Source: Octopus sinensis
Taxonomy: Eukaryota
DNA length: 64,000 nucleotides
Assembly (NCBI RefSeq): GCF_006345805.1
Contig: NC_042998.1
Span: 144,584,001 to 144,648,000 of the forward strand
Direction: 5' to 3'
Below are positions 39,786-53,490 of the stretch, piece by piece; position 1 is the first letter of the stretch; the number at the start of each line of letters is the position of its first letter. Below the pieces are notes generated by a model that saw nothing but the letters and a program-made list of their open reading frames with translations, made no database searches and was not told the origin of the DNA. Made by a program: the position numbers and the translations under genes.

Positions 39786-41401
39786 CACACACACACACAC
39801 ACTTACAAATCAGCTGCTACAATTGTGCCTTTGAAGAAATGTGGAATGACAAATTCCTTACTTGGAAAACAAAGTATGGTTGAGAAACAGGAAGTACATC
39901 AAGCAATAAAACAATGCCTCAATAATATATTTGTGCAACCTACATTAACATAGAGAAAAGAACACACAGGAGTGGCTTATTGGTACAAGCAAGATTGTGT
40001 AGTCAAGTTTGCTTCTCAACCACATGGTTTCAGGTTCAGTCCTATAGCATTGTGCCTTCAGCAAGTGACTTTTATGGTAGTCCAGAGACAACCAAAGCAT
40101 TGTGAGAGGATCTGCTTTATGGAAACTGGACAAAACCTGTGATATATATTTGAATATGTAAGTATTTGTGAGCGTGCATATGTTTGGTATCTCCTTATCT
40201 TGGCAATGTGTGATAAACATGAGTGTCACTGTCATTCAATAATAATGTTTGACCATAGGGAAATATTATCTTGCTTGGAAACAGGAAAGACATCTTGACA
40301 TAGAAAATCTGCCTCAATAAACTTTTTCCACCCACAAAGCATGGAAAAGTGGATGTTAAAATTATTATAATATAGTTACATCTCTCTTACATTCTGGTTT
40401 AAATCTCAGCTGGGTTGAATTTGCCATTAATATTTACTGAGGTCAATGAAATTTAATACCAATCAAATATTGAGGTCAATATAATCGATTCGTCTTGAAG
40501 GTAAATAGTTCAGATTACTAGCCACAGTCCAATGATGGGAATCAATAAAAACGATACTGCATACACATATAATTGTATGTGTTAAACATATATACTGTAT
40601 GTGTGTGTGTTTTATGTTTATATAGAATGTGTTAACATATAGGAAAACACACATACACATATAATAAACAGACTGATGTTTGAGTATATATTGCTGATGT
40701 ATGTGAAATTTTCCACAGAAGCTGATCAATGTTACATAAAAGTACACAGACAATACAATGTCTCCTCCTCCTCTTCCTTCTCATGTAATGCAGGCATGTC
40801 GTTTCTTTGCAGCTGTTGCTTAGTCAATATTTTCTCAAGAAACCTCACATATATTAGCACATTGCTAATATATACCCCACTGGCACAACATATACACATA
40901 TGCATGCACACACACACACACACATCTACTTTTGCAAATAATGTTATTTTTATTAGGTAGGCTGGCACCAGTGTTTGTTGGTAGAATCTGTGGGAATCAA
41001 AATGCCTGTCATATTTTGATTCTCTGTCAGAACTGTTTTGCAGTCGATTCGAATTCTATTGCAGTTGATTTTATCATTTATCATCTGTCTGCAAGTTGAT
41101 TAAATAATTGCCAATTAAATACCTGGGGGCAGCTCAACTCATTTCCTACTTTTATTTAAATTCATGTAATTCAAAGGAGGGAAATCTTAATATTTGAAGG
41201 CTTCAATGAATTCAGTGTAAGTTAATGTCTGCATAAAACAAAATCTTACATTAAGTATATATGGAAACAAGGAATAGGGTATAAACTCTATATACTATAG
41301 CCAGTGTAAACTATGGACACACAAGAGATGTAGTGAAATCACAGGCAGACTAACAGAGAAGGTGAGCTTTGTATGTGGCAGCTGCAGTGGAGCAATATGT
41401 A

Positions 41402-42617
41402 TTGGGTTAACCCATAAATAATGCAGTATTTTTATACTTCTTTTATTTTTTCAAAATTAAGATAAACAAAGTTCTTTTTTAATCTAAAATATACTCTCCT
41501 TCATTTTATATAATGCTCTTCCATCTATCTGGTAGATTTGCAAGGCACCTCTTCCAAAGTTCACCTGTCTGTGATGAAAAATACTCCTCCACTATTGATC
41601 TGACCTCATCTATGGAATTCATATTTTTTTCCAACCAAACGATTTTGAAGACTGTAGAATAAATGATAATCAGATATGGCAATCTCTGGCAAATATGGTG
41701 TGTGGGGCATTGATTCCCATTCAAACTGCATCAGCCTTTGGAATGTTATCCTTGTTGTATGTGGCCAAGCATTATCCTGATGGAAGAACATCTTTCATCT
41801 TGAAACCAAAGATGGTCGTTTTTCTTCTAGTACTGACTCATTTGATTTAGGTTTAAAAGTTCAAAGTGAACTAAACTTTTCATATCTCACCAAACACCTT
41901 TAGTCTGCAGTGCTGGTGTTTCTCCTTTTCCTACCCACTGTCTTTGGCACTTGATATTTTTATAGAGAACCCATTTCTCATCACCAGTCACTATTCAGTC
42001 TTAAAAAGGTTCAGTCATGAGATGTGACAGCAAAGAAGAGTACACATTCACGCTCTGCGTGTGATTAGACTCGGAAACTTGTGAGGAAACCATTGATCCA
42101 ATTTGCTGACTTTTCCGATGGCATGCAGGTATCGATGAATGGTTGAATGACTAAATCCAAGCTTGTCTGCTACTTCCTCAACAGTTACGATCAGATTTTG
42201 TTCCACCAGGGTTTGCAGGACGTCCTCATTGAGCTCTACAGATCTTCCAGGACAAGACTCGTCTTCTAGGATGTAGTTTCCGGCTTGGAATTTCTGGAAC
42301 CATTGTTGACACTGGCTTATGCTTATTGTCCAATCTCCATATACTGCATTGATATTCCTAGCACTTTCCATCGTATTGTTGCCTTTATTGAATTCATAAA
42401 TCAAAATATGCTGAATATGCTCCTTTGCCACTTCTATTATAGCTTTGAAAAAATAATTGTTAAAATCGAACTGTACTCTTCAAAACTTGCACTAAGAATA
42501 AGCACAAAGTAAAACTACTTGCTTTTATAGCAAGTTGATGCAGGTAGTTTATCCCATCCCACTCCGACTTTTAATGCATGCAATTGAAATAACTGCATCA
42601 TTTATGGGATGACCCAA
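41402..42617 (-). mobile_element. Full-length mariner (DD34D) transposon, inactivated
   Basis: TIRs TTGGGTTAACCCATAAATAATGCAGT / ACTGCATCATTTATGGGATGACCCAA with TA flanks. HTH region KEHIQHILIYEFNKG, WFPHKF (WVPHEL-like), HQDNAWPH, and PYLPEIAISDYHLF with 34 residues between the second and third D. ORF is broken. Confidence 0.92.
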
Positions 42618-43292
42618 TACTATGAGTACTAATTACTCATACAGTTTTTAAATGCCTAGATGGCTCACTAAAAGTAGTCAATAGCTTTGGCTTTTGTTAC
42701 CCAGGAGACAAAATTAGCAGACAAGATGGCTGCTCAGAAAGTATAGTAACCACGGAGAAAGTTTAGGGAGCTATAACCATTGCTGGCAAAAAGAATGTTT
42801 CCCTCAGGCGAAAGGGCACTTTGTATGATGCCAGTGTCAGAACGAAATATAGAAGGTCTGCAAAGATTAAAAATACATGAAGCTAGCAAATCAGAGAAAA
42901 AATGATTACATTTAAAATATAACAGTAGACATTCAAATATAATAGAAAAAACAAACAAACAAGCCGCACAAAAATCTTTCATTCAATAAATGTTGGTGTG
43001 ATTTTATTGTGACAAATTGTACATTAATATGAGGAGTAGTGAATACAATAATTGACAAAATGTCCCCCCTACCCCAACAAATGCTGGGTTGAAATTTTGT
43101 TTACAACACCGAGCTTAGATTGCAGAAACTATTTACACATTTATGTGAGGGAAGTGAAAGAGGAAGAGGACTAATAAATGTTGCCACTGCAAAAATTAGT
43201 AGAAAACACACAACAATGATTTGTCATGTTCTTTGTAAAACAACAACAAAATGAAGATTTTTTAAATTATAATTATCATAGAACATATTTAA

Positions 43293-43514
43293 CCCCTTTG
43301 ATACCAACCTGCCTGAGACTGTCCCTGGTTCTATGGCATAAATTCTTCATTTTAAAGTGATCTAAACTAAACCTTCCACCAAAATTCCACTTTAATTCAT
43401 GTTCCAAACACCAGCTTAATAACAATAAGGTTATATCAGTAAATTCTTCATTATTTTCAAAATAAATTGGCAACAAAGGCAGCATATTTCAAGAGAAATA
43501 TGATAACAAAGGGG
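43293..43514. mobile_element. piggyBac-type MITE family 1 (cleanest copy)
   Basis: TTAA-CCCCTTTGATACCA...TGATAACAAAGGGG-TTAA. Further copies at 48832-49295 (with insert) and ~58005-58260. Confidence 0.85.
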
Positions 43515-44218
43515 TTAACTGTGTAGAAGTATGTGACAAGTAGATAACATAACTAGCAAGAAGTTACAACACAGCAGTGGCAGAGCATTCTTCCTTCCCC
43601 TTTCCAAATCATTTAATGTGATTTTGGCTCTAATATTTTAATATTTTCTCTCCAGTTTTCAGTGTTATATAATTTAAGTGAAATCTTATTTACAACCAAT
43701 TTCTTTCTTATATACGTTTTTTTCCAACCTGTGATGACAAAAGGATAATGATACTAGCCTAAAGTAGTAACAGTCACTTCCCTTAAACATGAATAAACCT
43801 AAATACAGCTCTGGTGAGAAATTCCATAATACAGTTTTGTCAGGATGATGTTAGAGAGTTCTCTCTAATTCACAAATAAATACGAAAAGACAGGTCAGCA
43901 AATTTCCTCAAACTGAACCATTATCTATTGAGTGGCCAAAAATGACACTTTTTGATTGAATTAACACTTAATAATAATGATAATAATAATAATAGTGAAA
44001 GACTAAGATGACAATTATTCCTGTGGTAATCAGTGCTAAACTACTTTATAAGACATTGAAAGATTTTTTAATTGAGAATCCAGTTGCCAACCAGCAGAAA
44101 ACTGCAAGAATCTTAAGAAAGAATCTTGAGATCCGAGGAGACGTATTATCACCAAACCTCAAAACAACATTTCTGCTAACTAATATAGAATGTAATAGTT
44201 ATCAGAATAATAATAATA

Positions 44219-44257
<39 letters not shown>

Positions 44258-45743
44258 GGAAGTAACAAAAGAGAAATCATATTCTGGTGTAATTTTAATC
44301 CTTGAAATCCTGATTAAATGTCAAAGAGAACAAGACTTTGCTAAATTTTGAGTTATTGGGGGTATGTTTAACATTCTCTATATAATTCTAGGAGACATAA
44401 TTTCCTATTACATTCTAGTCAACTCCAAAAGAAACATTTCCAGATATTGAATAACTCCAGTATGGCCACAGTCAACTGTAGTCGAAACCAGTCAAAGAGT
44501 ACAACTATGTTTGAGTAGAGCCGACATTTTTAAATGTGTAAAAGTATGTGACAAGTAGAGAATATAACTAGAAACAAGTAACAACACAGCAATGGCATAG
44601 TATTCTTCCCCCTTTCTAAGATAAAGATCCCCTTCAGTCATGAATGAGCATGGGATTGCACCTAGAAAGTCACCCTCTGATACACAAGTCTGGGCAAGGT
44701 TGTTTGTGGAAGACCAACAGTTGCCCATGAATACCAACCTTCCCTCTCCACACCACTGATGTTATCCAAGGGAAAGGCAAATGCTGATACAGCTTGGCAT
44801 CAGTGACATTGCGACTCATTTCTACAAGTAAGTGAGCTGGAGCAACATAAAAATAAAGTATCTTGCTCAAGAACACAGCACACAGCTTGGTCTGGGAATC
44901 GAACTCACAATCTCATGATTATGAGACTGACATTCTACCCAATGAGCCATGTAACTTCAATTTAAAAAACATAAAAGAAAAAACTTAGTAACTCTGTTTG
45001 AATTATTAAATCCACAGACATTATTATCCAATATACTTCAACAAACTTATTAACAAAAGTTTTATTTAGCTACCATCCCTAACTGACGTTTAATATTAGA
45101 AATTTAAATTAGGAACCATTATAACAATTATTAATGATAGAATTGAAGAGATAGTGTGCTTATCATATACAAAAAGGTAGGGTTGCAGGTGTCCTTAAAT
45201 TTTTATTTAGTTTTTCTTGAGGCATAGAACTCATAAGGCCAGTTACCTAGTTCCCATGGCATATATCAGTGACTGAAATTATAACATTACCCACTGAATG
45301 GGACAGTTGCAGAATTCAAGACCAGCAATTTCTGAGGGGAGGAGGCAAATCAATGCCATCAACCCCAGTACTTGACTGGTACTTCATTTTATCAACTGCA
45401 AAGGGATGAAAGGTAAAGTTGACCTCGGCAGTATGTGAATTCAGAACATAAAGTGCTGCTAAGAATTTTGTCTGATGTGCTATTGGTTCTGCTCGTTTGC
45501 TGCCTCAAATAAATTAACAAAAATCAAATAAACAATATGATGATACGATGATGTTAATGATGAAAAGAGACTGGTTCAATCTGAACATTTTTATATATGA
45601 TTATTAATATAATTAACACTTTCTAACTTTGCTGGTGGAGATAACATTTAATTAAATTGACTCTGTATTTGACTGATAATTCATTTTATGGACCCCTGAG
45701 GAAACGAAAGTCAAAGTTGATCATGATAAGATTCCAGCTGTAA

Positions 45744-45942
45744 CCCTTTAGCATTTAAACCGGCCATATCTAACCCAAATATTTTATCAGATCTGGCCTC
45801 TCACACCTACCCTGCAATATCATTCTAAAAATAAACAGTCACATCATCGAAATCCCAAAGCTATATGATAATGCATGATTAATTCAAAACAATGTGAATA
45901 AAGAAGCATTATGTTTGACAGAGTAATGAGAATGCTAAAGGG
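45744..45942. mobile_element. piggyBac-type MITE family 2
   Basis: CCCTTTAGCATT...AATGCTAAAGGG perfect 12-bp TIR with (G)TAA/TTA(G) flanks. Confidence 0.78.
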
Positions 45943-47312
45943 TTAGATTTAAGGGCCTCCATCTGTAATTAAATACCAAAGGATTTTCTTCCTATCATCC
46001 ATACTAGTAGAAGTTGGCTTGCTGAAGATCCACAAAGAAACATTTACCAACAGTCAGGCTTCATTTCAACTTAAGGATTTCAGCACTAAGGCAGCTTGCT
46101 CTTGCTGTCTTTTCAGAAAGGCATATATTATCATAATGAACATATGAAGTGGTTATTTCACTCCTCACAACAACTGAACTTAATTAAATTCTTCTAAGAA
46201 CACATTCTACAAACTAACTGCAGCAGACATAGACCATCATTATTTCATTTGGATTCTGGATTGCCTTCTATAATTTAAAAGAGTTGGACTATTTTTGAAA
46301 TTGACTGGCATCTCAAAGCACTGGTGTTGTCATGATAAAGGGAAAGAAAACAACCAAACAGCCCCAATAAGTTGTTTTGACTTCTCATGGCAACAGTAAA
46401 TAATTTTTGTATGGTTAATTAAAAATAACATTAGCATTTCTCAAGTTGGGAGTTTACATCTCATTACTTCCATCAAGTGACAATTTCTGAAAGCTAACTA
46501 TCTTTCCAGAGGTCAACTGACTTGGACTCACCAAGTGGATTTAATAATACTAAACAGAGACAACAAATAACTTTATATATTTGCAAAGTCACTGCATTAC
46601 ACAATTGCAAACTGATAACATATCAACTGAAACAACATATTAAACCTGCTCAGAAACAATTAATACATCTAACATATAAAACAAATAATCTATTTGTTCA
46701 GGGCTCAACTTATTGCTTATATTACTGCCTTGTAGAACAATCTTCCATTATCTAATTATCAACTTAGATTAGAAACAACTCTTGTAGTTACCAGTGGAAG
46801 AAGAGAGAACAGTGTTTATATCATGTATGAGGAAATGACCAGTGTTTCAAGTAGAGTTATTTCATCACAGATCAAAATTAGAAAATAAAAATATGGTGCA
46901 TGAACCTAACATCATACATAACTAATAAAATGCTAAATTATGTAGAATTATCTAAAATATAGTTCTAATCATCACTTGGCTTTTGCTTAAGTAATGCTTG
47001 TCAAGCAGCCATAAAACATGGCATGTCACAAGCTGTCAATGATTGTCAAGCAGCCTAGGACATGGCATATTAACCTGTCAATGATCGACAATGCATATCA
47101 AACTGCTAAGGATAATGATAGAGTAAACTGATTTAAAAGGGAAACTCAAAAAGCTGGAATTAACTGCAGTAATTACTATAAACTAATTTTTAAAGAACTT
47201 CCTGCTCCTTTTTACTCTATTTCATTATCATTATTGTAATTGTTGTTGTTGATATTATTATTATCACTATTATTGTTGGTATTATTATTATTATCATTGA
47301 TGTTATTGTTGG

Positions 47313-47318
47313 TTTATT
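47313..47318 (-). terminator. Candidate polyadenylation signal (AATAAA) for the citron-like gene
   Basis: tttatt on + strand, about 240 nt past the stop codon. AT-rich context makes chance occurrence common. Confidence 0.3.
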
Positions 47319-47556
47319 TTTTGGCTTAAAGGGACTGAAATGGAGAAATAGTTGAAACTGGGAGGGACAATAAAATGTAGCTTTGAAGTGAACAGAATGT
47401 GGAGACAGTAGGAGATATATTTACAACACTGTACAATCTTAATTGAAGGAAAAAGAACCTCAAAACAGACCAATGCAGACAAAAAAATAACTTCAATGAT
47501 GATCATGAATAAAGTAGTGGGGTATCAATAGTCCAAATGTTGAAGATGTATTGATT

Positions 47557-47749
47557 TCAGTAATGGTACTGATTCTTCATTCCATTTTTCCTAATTGTTG
47601 CATACAAATGTCGGGCATCTTGAGAAGAGCTTGAAGACTCCGAGGCACTGGTGCAGTTGGGCTCAAGACCATCGAATGAAGACCACGAACTACTTTTCCT
47701 AATGCGCCTTGCTTTCTCAGGGCTGACAAAACGTACATGTCTTTGGGAA
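47557..47749 (-). CDS. CIT: Citron-like terminal coding exon (Ser/Arg-rich tail)
   Basis: Long pyrimidine acceptor ttttcatctttttttcccctcttgtttcag. Phase 2 matches the previous exon: (G)SQRHVRFVSPEKARRIRKSSSWSSFDGLEPNCTSASESSSSSQDARHLYATIRKNGMKNQYHY*. No homology evidence for the tail; assigned by phase, position and splice site. Confidence 0.75.
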
Positions 47750-48074
47750 CTGAAACAAGAGGGGAAAAAAAGATGAAAATAAAATTTAATGGGAATTTGC
47801 TAATGAAGCTAGTCTTCTTTTCAATGACAAATAAGAAAACAATAAAACATAGAACATATAAAATGAGAAATTTGATGGTCTCAATTTTCTACTTACATTA
47901 CAGTCTTGTAGATCAATCTCCCTTTATTTAATTATGATCTATTTAGACTGGAAATGACTCCTGTAGTTACCAGTAAAAGAAGTGAGAAAACTGTTTATAT
48001 CATGTATGAGGAAATGACCAGAACATAAATAGAAGCTGGAAGTGGATTTCTTACTTCTTTGAATTCTCAAAAGG

Positions 48075-48580
48075 GTATATGACAGTTTCCCATTTCTTTA
48101 TACAGTTCTTTGCATTTTTATTGAAGTTTGCAAGGTCTTTAGAGCTGCAGGAGTTGGGTAGTGTGAGCAGACAAGCCAGTGCTCCATATGGTCAGCATCT
48201 CCACATTCAGAGATAGTTGGGCTGGATTTGTAGCCCCATCTGCCCAAAGCAACTTATGATTGTCTCATTCTTGTCCTCAGGTGGTTGAGTGTTTTCCATT
48301 GAATCTATGGTGCTTCATAGCCAGGGAAGGAGGCTCTTATGTCAATTGCAGGAGGGTTGTTCTAAAGTATTTTCATTCAGAGCTTCAGTCTCATTTCTTC
48401 TTCAGATGTTGTTAGGGCTGGACATGGCTGCGAAAGCTTTGTGACTTCAATCACTGAGCCAGGGGTGATGTCATGAAGGAAGTAATTTCTATCATCTTGA
48501 CTGTCATTTCCTGTTTGATATTAGTAGGGGTAATATCAGCAAGGAAGTACAGGATGTTTCTGATAGTAGGTTTCATGTAA
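48075..48580 (-). mobile_element. Old I-superfamily (Ingi/Vingi-like) LINE 3' fragment
   Basis: GRWGYKSSPT.SECGDADHMEHWLVCSH...SKDLANFNKNAKNCIKKW resembles the C-terminal CCHC knuckle and ending of Ingi-type ORFs. Confidence 0.5.
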
Positions 48581-51500
48581 CCAAGTATTTAAATTTTAAA
48601 ATTGCAAGTAAATCCTTCCTTCAAATATGCAAGCATGGAAAAGTGGACATTAAAATGATAAAAAATTCACACACACACACACATGCACAGATAGAAAAAA
48701 GAGTAAATTACACAGACATAAACACACATACACATGTTTATGTGTGTAATTTGTAACACACACATATATATAAATACTGGAAAAGAAAAGATACTAATCT
48801 ATACAACAGAAAAATACCTGTGCTTTTCATTAACCTACCTGAGGCCACTCTGGCTTTAAGATACAAACATCTTGTTTTAAAGTGAACTAAATCAAGACCT
48901 TTGATCAAAATTTCATGTTGTTAACGTTCCAAATACTAGTTTAATAATGGTAAAGTTATTTTACTAAACAACTGAAGAAAGCCTCCATGGAGATATGCAT
49001 GGCAGCTGAAGCCAGCTCCTAGTGGCTGTGGTTGACAAGAAACTGCAGATGGAACACTTCTGCAGGCAAAGCATACAGGCTAAGGGGCAAAATGCTTGTG
49101 ACCCTGAGGTGCCTGCTGATGATATGGAAGTTTCCAACATTGCAATGAATTCAGAAAGAGCTTGCAAACCCATGAGTAGTTCATGCAGTTTCTATGTGGG
49201 GCAGAGCAACTATAATGTTTATTTCACCTTCGTTATTATCAAAATTAATTGAAACTAAGACAGTGTATTTCAAAATAAATATCAGAACAAAAGGGTTAAA
49301 CTAGGTGAATGAAAAATCATTGCTGTGAAAGATATCAGCTCACTGTACTTTAAGCCTAACACAGTGTCACAAAATAGAGTAGTAATAAATATAAACATGC
49401 AACAGTAGTAACAGTGATACACAAATAGTTGGTGCAGTTGAGGTGACCACACAAGTCTGTTCCTTGATAACAAATACAAAAATATCAATGAACTTGTGAT
49501 ACAAACTAGTGAAGAAAACACTTGAGTTTCAAAACTCATGTCAAAAATACTATAAACATCAAATAGTGCTCAACAGGAAAATAAACATACCTCTTCTATG
49601 TTCTCAGAGACATAATTGATTGCTGTTTTGAATAAGATAGAAAATATACATTCCACAATAACTTTTTCTAATTAAGTCAGGGGTAATGATGGTAGGGTTG
49701 TTTGGTGTCATAAAGAAACTTTGTCTAGGTTGACAGGAATCTTCACATTTAGAGAAAAGGAAATGCAAAATACATGGGATTCCTCTTAAGTTCATTAAGG
49801 GACATAAATGAAGCAGTTCCAAGTGAGAATAGATCCCAGATTAAGTTTGTCAGACATATCAAGGCTTGCTGTAAACATTAGTAAAAGTATCAATCTGTCA
49901 CTACTAAACATCCTACAAAACAGTCACTTCAAAGTCACTATGAGCAGTGGAGCCAAAAAAGCCAGCAAACTGGCAGAGTCAGTGGAGAGTCAAATACAAT
50001 GCTTCATGGTATTTGTTCAAGCTCTCTGTGCTCAGAGAGTCTTACCAAGGTCAATTTGGTCTTTTATCCTTTTGGTCTTGATAAATAAAGTACCAGTCAC
50101 ATAGAGTTGTTTCATTTCCTCTCTTAAGAAATTGGATATGCTGACAGGGGCCAAGAAAGAAGCATCCACAATGTGGCGTCATCAATCCTTTCACTTGTGG
50201 ACTTGCTAATAAAGAAAGAGAACAATGAAGGCAAGGCAGTTTCAAAAGAATATTGCTGCTGCCAGCAGTAGAGACACAAAGCTGTCTGAAACAGAAATAT
50301 GGTACTGACAGTAACAGAATGCAATTCTGTTGGTTGCAAGCATTAAAAATGTAATGTTACCAGCAGCAGAAATGCAGTGCCATCAACAATGGAAATGCAG
50401 TGTTGCCAACAGTAGAACTGCAGTGCTATCAAAGCCAAAAGCAGAGATACAGTTCTCTCATCATCAGCTGAGATACAGCAATACTAGCAGTATATAATAA
50501 AGTCGTTTCAGGGCACAAAGTTGGTGATAATTGGATCAAGGTATACGAATGAAGAAACAAGAACTGTTTCATTTAATTGCCAGAGTTTAATCACAAAACA
50601 AAAAAAGAAATTGATTTGAATTTTGTAGGCAATGAAATGGACAGTGTTATTTCAATTAGAGATTCTATAATGTGTAAACCTGAGAAATAGCAGTCCCCAA
50701 TTAAGTGAGGACAAAAGTGAAATTTTCATTAAGAGAACAATTAAGACAAAAAAAAAATTAACTAAAAATTACAGCTTGAATAGTAAAAGACATAGACAAG
50801 GAGGTACACACACACACACACACAAATACAAAGCAGGCTTCTTTCAGTTTCCATCGACCAAATCCATTCATAAGGTTTTGAGTGACCCAGGGCTATAGTA
50901 GTGTAGTGGATTTGAACCTAAAACCAGGAAGTTGGAAAACAAAATTACATGCATATATATATATATATATATAATGGGAGGGAGGGAGAGAGAGAGAGAA
51001 AGTAAAAGATACACACATAGAAGATGCAACAGCAGAAAGCACCATCTAAAGACAATAAGTCCATAATCATCTTTCCCTTCTCTCCCTACACCCTTACTGC
51101 CAAAAATAGTTGTGCCAACCTACTTAAACAGAAACAATAGTTTCTATTTCAGTTCACTTGAGAACAAAATTGTCATTTAATGCTATTTAATTATTTTATT
51201 GGAAAAATACACACACACATGTACAGAATTGGCTGCTTGGTAGTTGAAATGTGATCAATAAAAGACAAGCATCAAGAATTTACTGAGCTCCAGATAAAGG
51301 CAAACTGTATTATCTAACTGGATATTGAGAAGTGGAATCCAGTCAGTCAAGACAAAAAGTGGACAGCTGGCTACTACAACTACTACTACTACTACCATGT
51401 CCAATTTAGTTTTGCTACAAGTAGATTACATGTCAATAATATGAACAATGCATTCATTCACCACTATTAATATAGGCTTGGCTGTGTGGTGAAGTTCTCT

Positions 51501-51647
51501 TTCTAACCACATGATTTTGGGTTGAGCCCCGTTGTGTGGCACTGTGGGCAAGTGTCTTCTACTATAACCTTGGGTTGACTAAAGACTTGTGAGTATATTT
51601 GGTAGAAATAAAAAGAAGTCTGTTGTGTGTGTGTGTGTATCATCATC

Positions 51648-51970
51648 ATCCTTTAACGTCCATTTTCCATGCTGGCATGGGTTGGATGGTTTGATCAGAA
51701 CTGGCAAGTCGGAGAGTTGCACCAGGTTCCAGTCTGATTTGGCTTGGTTTCGACAGCTGGATGCCCTTCCTAATACTAACCATTTTACAGTGTGTGCTAG
51801 GTGCTTTTACATGGCACCAGCACAAGACTCTTGCAGGCCAATCCTCTTCAGCAGGGAATGTGGCCTTAACACTTCTGCTGTAGAGGATGGGTCTTCTTGA
51901 GTACAGCAAGGCGCCAAGTATCTCGGTCCTTTGTCAGCTCATCTGAAAGGTTAAGCATCCTGAGATTGTC
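51648..51970 (-). mobile_element. 5'-truncated RTE: ORF2 end plus short 3' UTR without array
   Basis: DNLRMLNLSDELTKDRDTWRLAVLKKTHP, followed by the shared tail and (GAT)n. Confidence 0.75.
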
Positions 51971-53295
51971 ACATACACACACACCTATGTGTTTGTGTCT
52001 TCAATAGGTGGATAGCTGTAAACAAGCATTAGCCTCATACAAGTGATGTTTGTTTTCACTCTTCCATGAAAGCTTGTCCAGTCACTGGGAAATATTATCT
52101 TACTTAGAAACAGGCAAAGGTTGGTGGCAGGAAGATCATCCAACCACAGAAAATCTGCCTCAACAAATATTATGTGACCCATTCAAGAATGGTGAAGTGG
52201 ATTAAACGATGATGATATATTTGAACTGTAGCATCATTCAATATCTTTCAAGGGAAAAGGTTGACAGCTAGATGAAACTTTGAAGTAATAATCAACCTTT
52301 TCCTTGTAGAAATAATAAATCCATATACATAGCAGCATCCAATCTATCTTAGTTGTATTTGCATTTAGCTTTTCTTTAAATGGTAAAAAAAAATGTTGTG
52401 GATTTAAAAGAGGAAAACAATACAAATCAACCATTGGAGATAGATGAGGTTTATGGTTTGTTTTATTAATAAAATACAAAAACCAATCTCATTTCCTAAT
52501 ATTTAATGTTTACTAACCTATTTTACCAAATTAATACAAGTTGGATGGCGCCTTAGATTTAGATGTTGGAATTGTTATGGTAAATATATTTTTCTGTAAT
52601 GTTAAATGTCCAGTTGTGATGTAGGTTGTATAGCAGAACATAGGGTAAAGACCCCCTTTGGTCATGAACAACCATGGGATTGCAACTAGAAAGTTCCCCT
52701 CTGAGGCAGAAGTCTGGGCAAGGTTGTTTATGGTAGACAAGCAGTTGCCCATGCATGCCAGCCTCCTCTCTCCACGCCACTGAAGTTATCCAAGGGAAAG
52801 GCAAAGGCCGATACACCTTGGCAACAGTGACAACACAACTCATTTCTACAGCTAAGTGAACTGGAGCAATGTGAAATAAAGTGTTTTGCTCAGGAGTACA
52901 ATACACAACCCGGTCTGGGAATCAAACTCACTACCATTGTGAACCCAATGGTCTAACCACTGGGCCATGAGCCTTCATTATAACATAACAATATTTAGCT
53001 AAACAGAATAAATACATCAGAATTAACGACAAAGAGAAAACTTCTCTGTAGCTGTCTCAATAAGCTATCTAAAGATAGCTTTAATAAATATGACCACAAG
53101 CTTAACTTAACAACTTAAGGGAGTGCTCCCTCAATGATAGATAGTAAAAAAAATTCTATTTCATAACATGATTATCACAAACAAAGCATTGTCTGAAGAA
53201 TCCAAACAGAAACATTCAAGAACTGATACTTCAATCTAACCTCAAAGTTTGATGCCAAACTTTGAAAGGGGAGAAATAAAATAATTTCAACTTAC

Positions 53296-53490
53296 CCTGG
53301 AAGAGCATCATCATCAGGATCTACATCAGTGTCCCAGTTGTCTTCCTGCTGAACCTGGTCATGATTGCCACCACGCAAACACAATACCTCTGTACGTTGC
53401 TGGCAGATGTAAGCGAAAAATGCAGAGCCCATCCCTGGAGCCCTACCCAGATAACGAGGTCTCACTTTTACAAATGACATTTGCTTTCCT
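53296..53490 (-). CDS. CIT: Citron-like exon, end of CNH domain plus acidic linker
   Basis: Acceptor tttttcttctttacag, donor gtaagt; 195 nt, phase 2->2, only one frame open. Encodes GKQMSFVKVRPRYLGRAPGMGSAFFAYICQQRTEVLCLRGGNHDQVQQEDNWDTDVDPDDDALP(G), vs human [31 protein letters not shown]. Confidence 0.93.
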
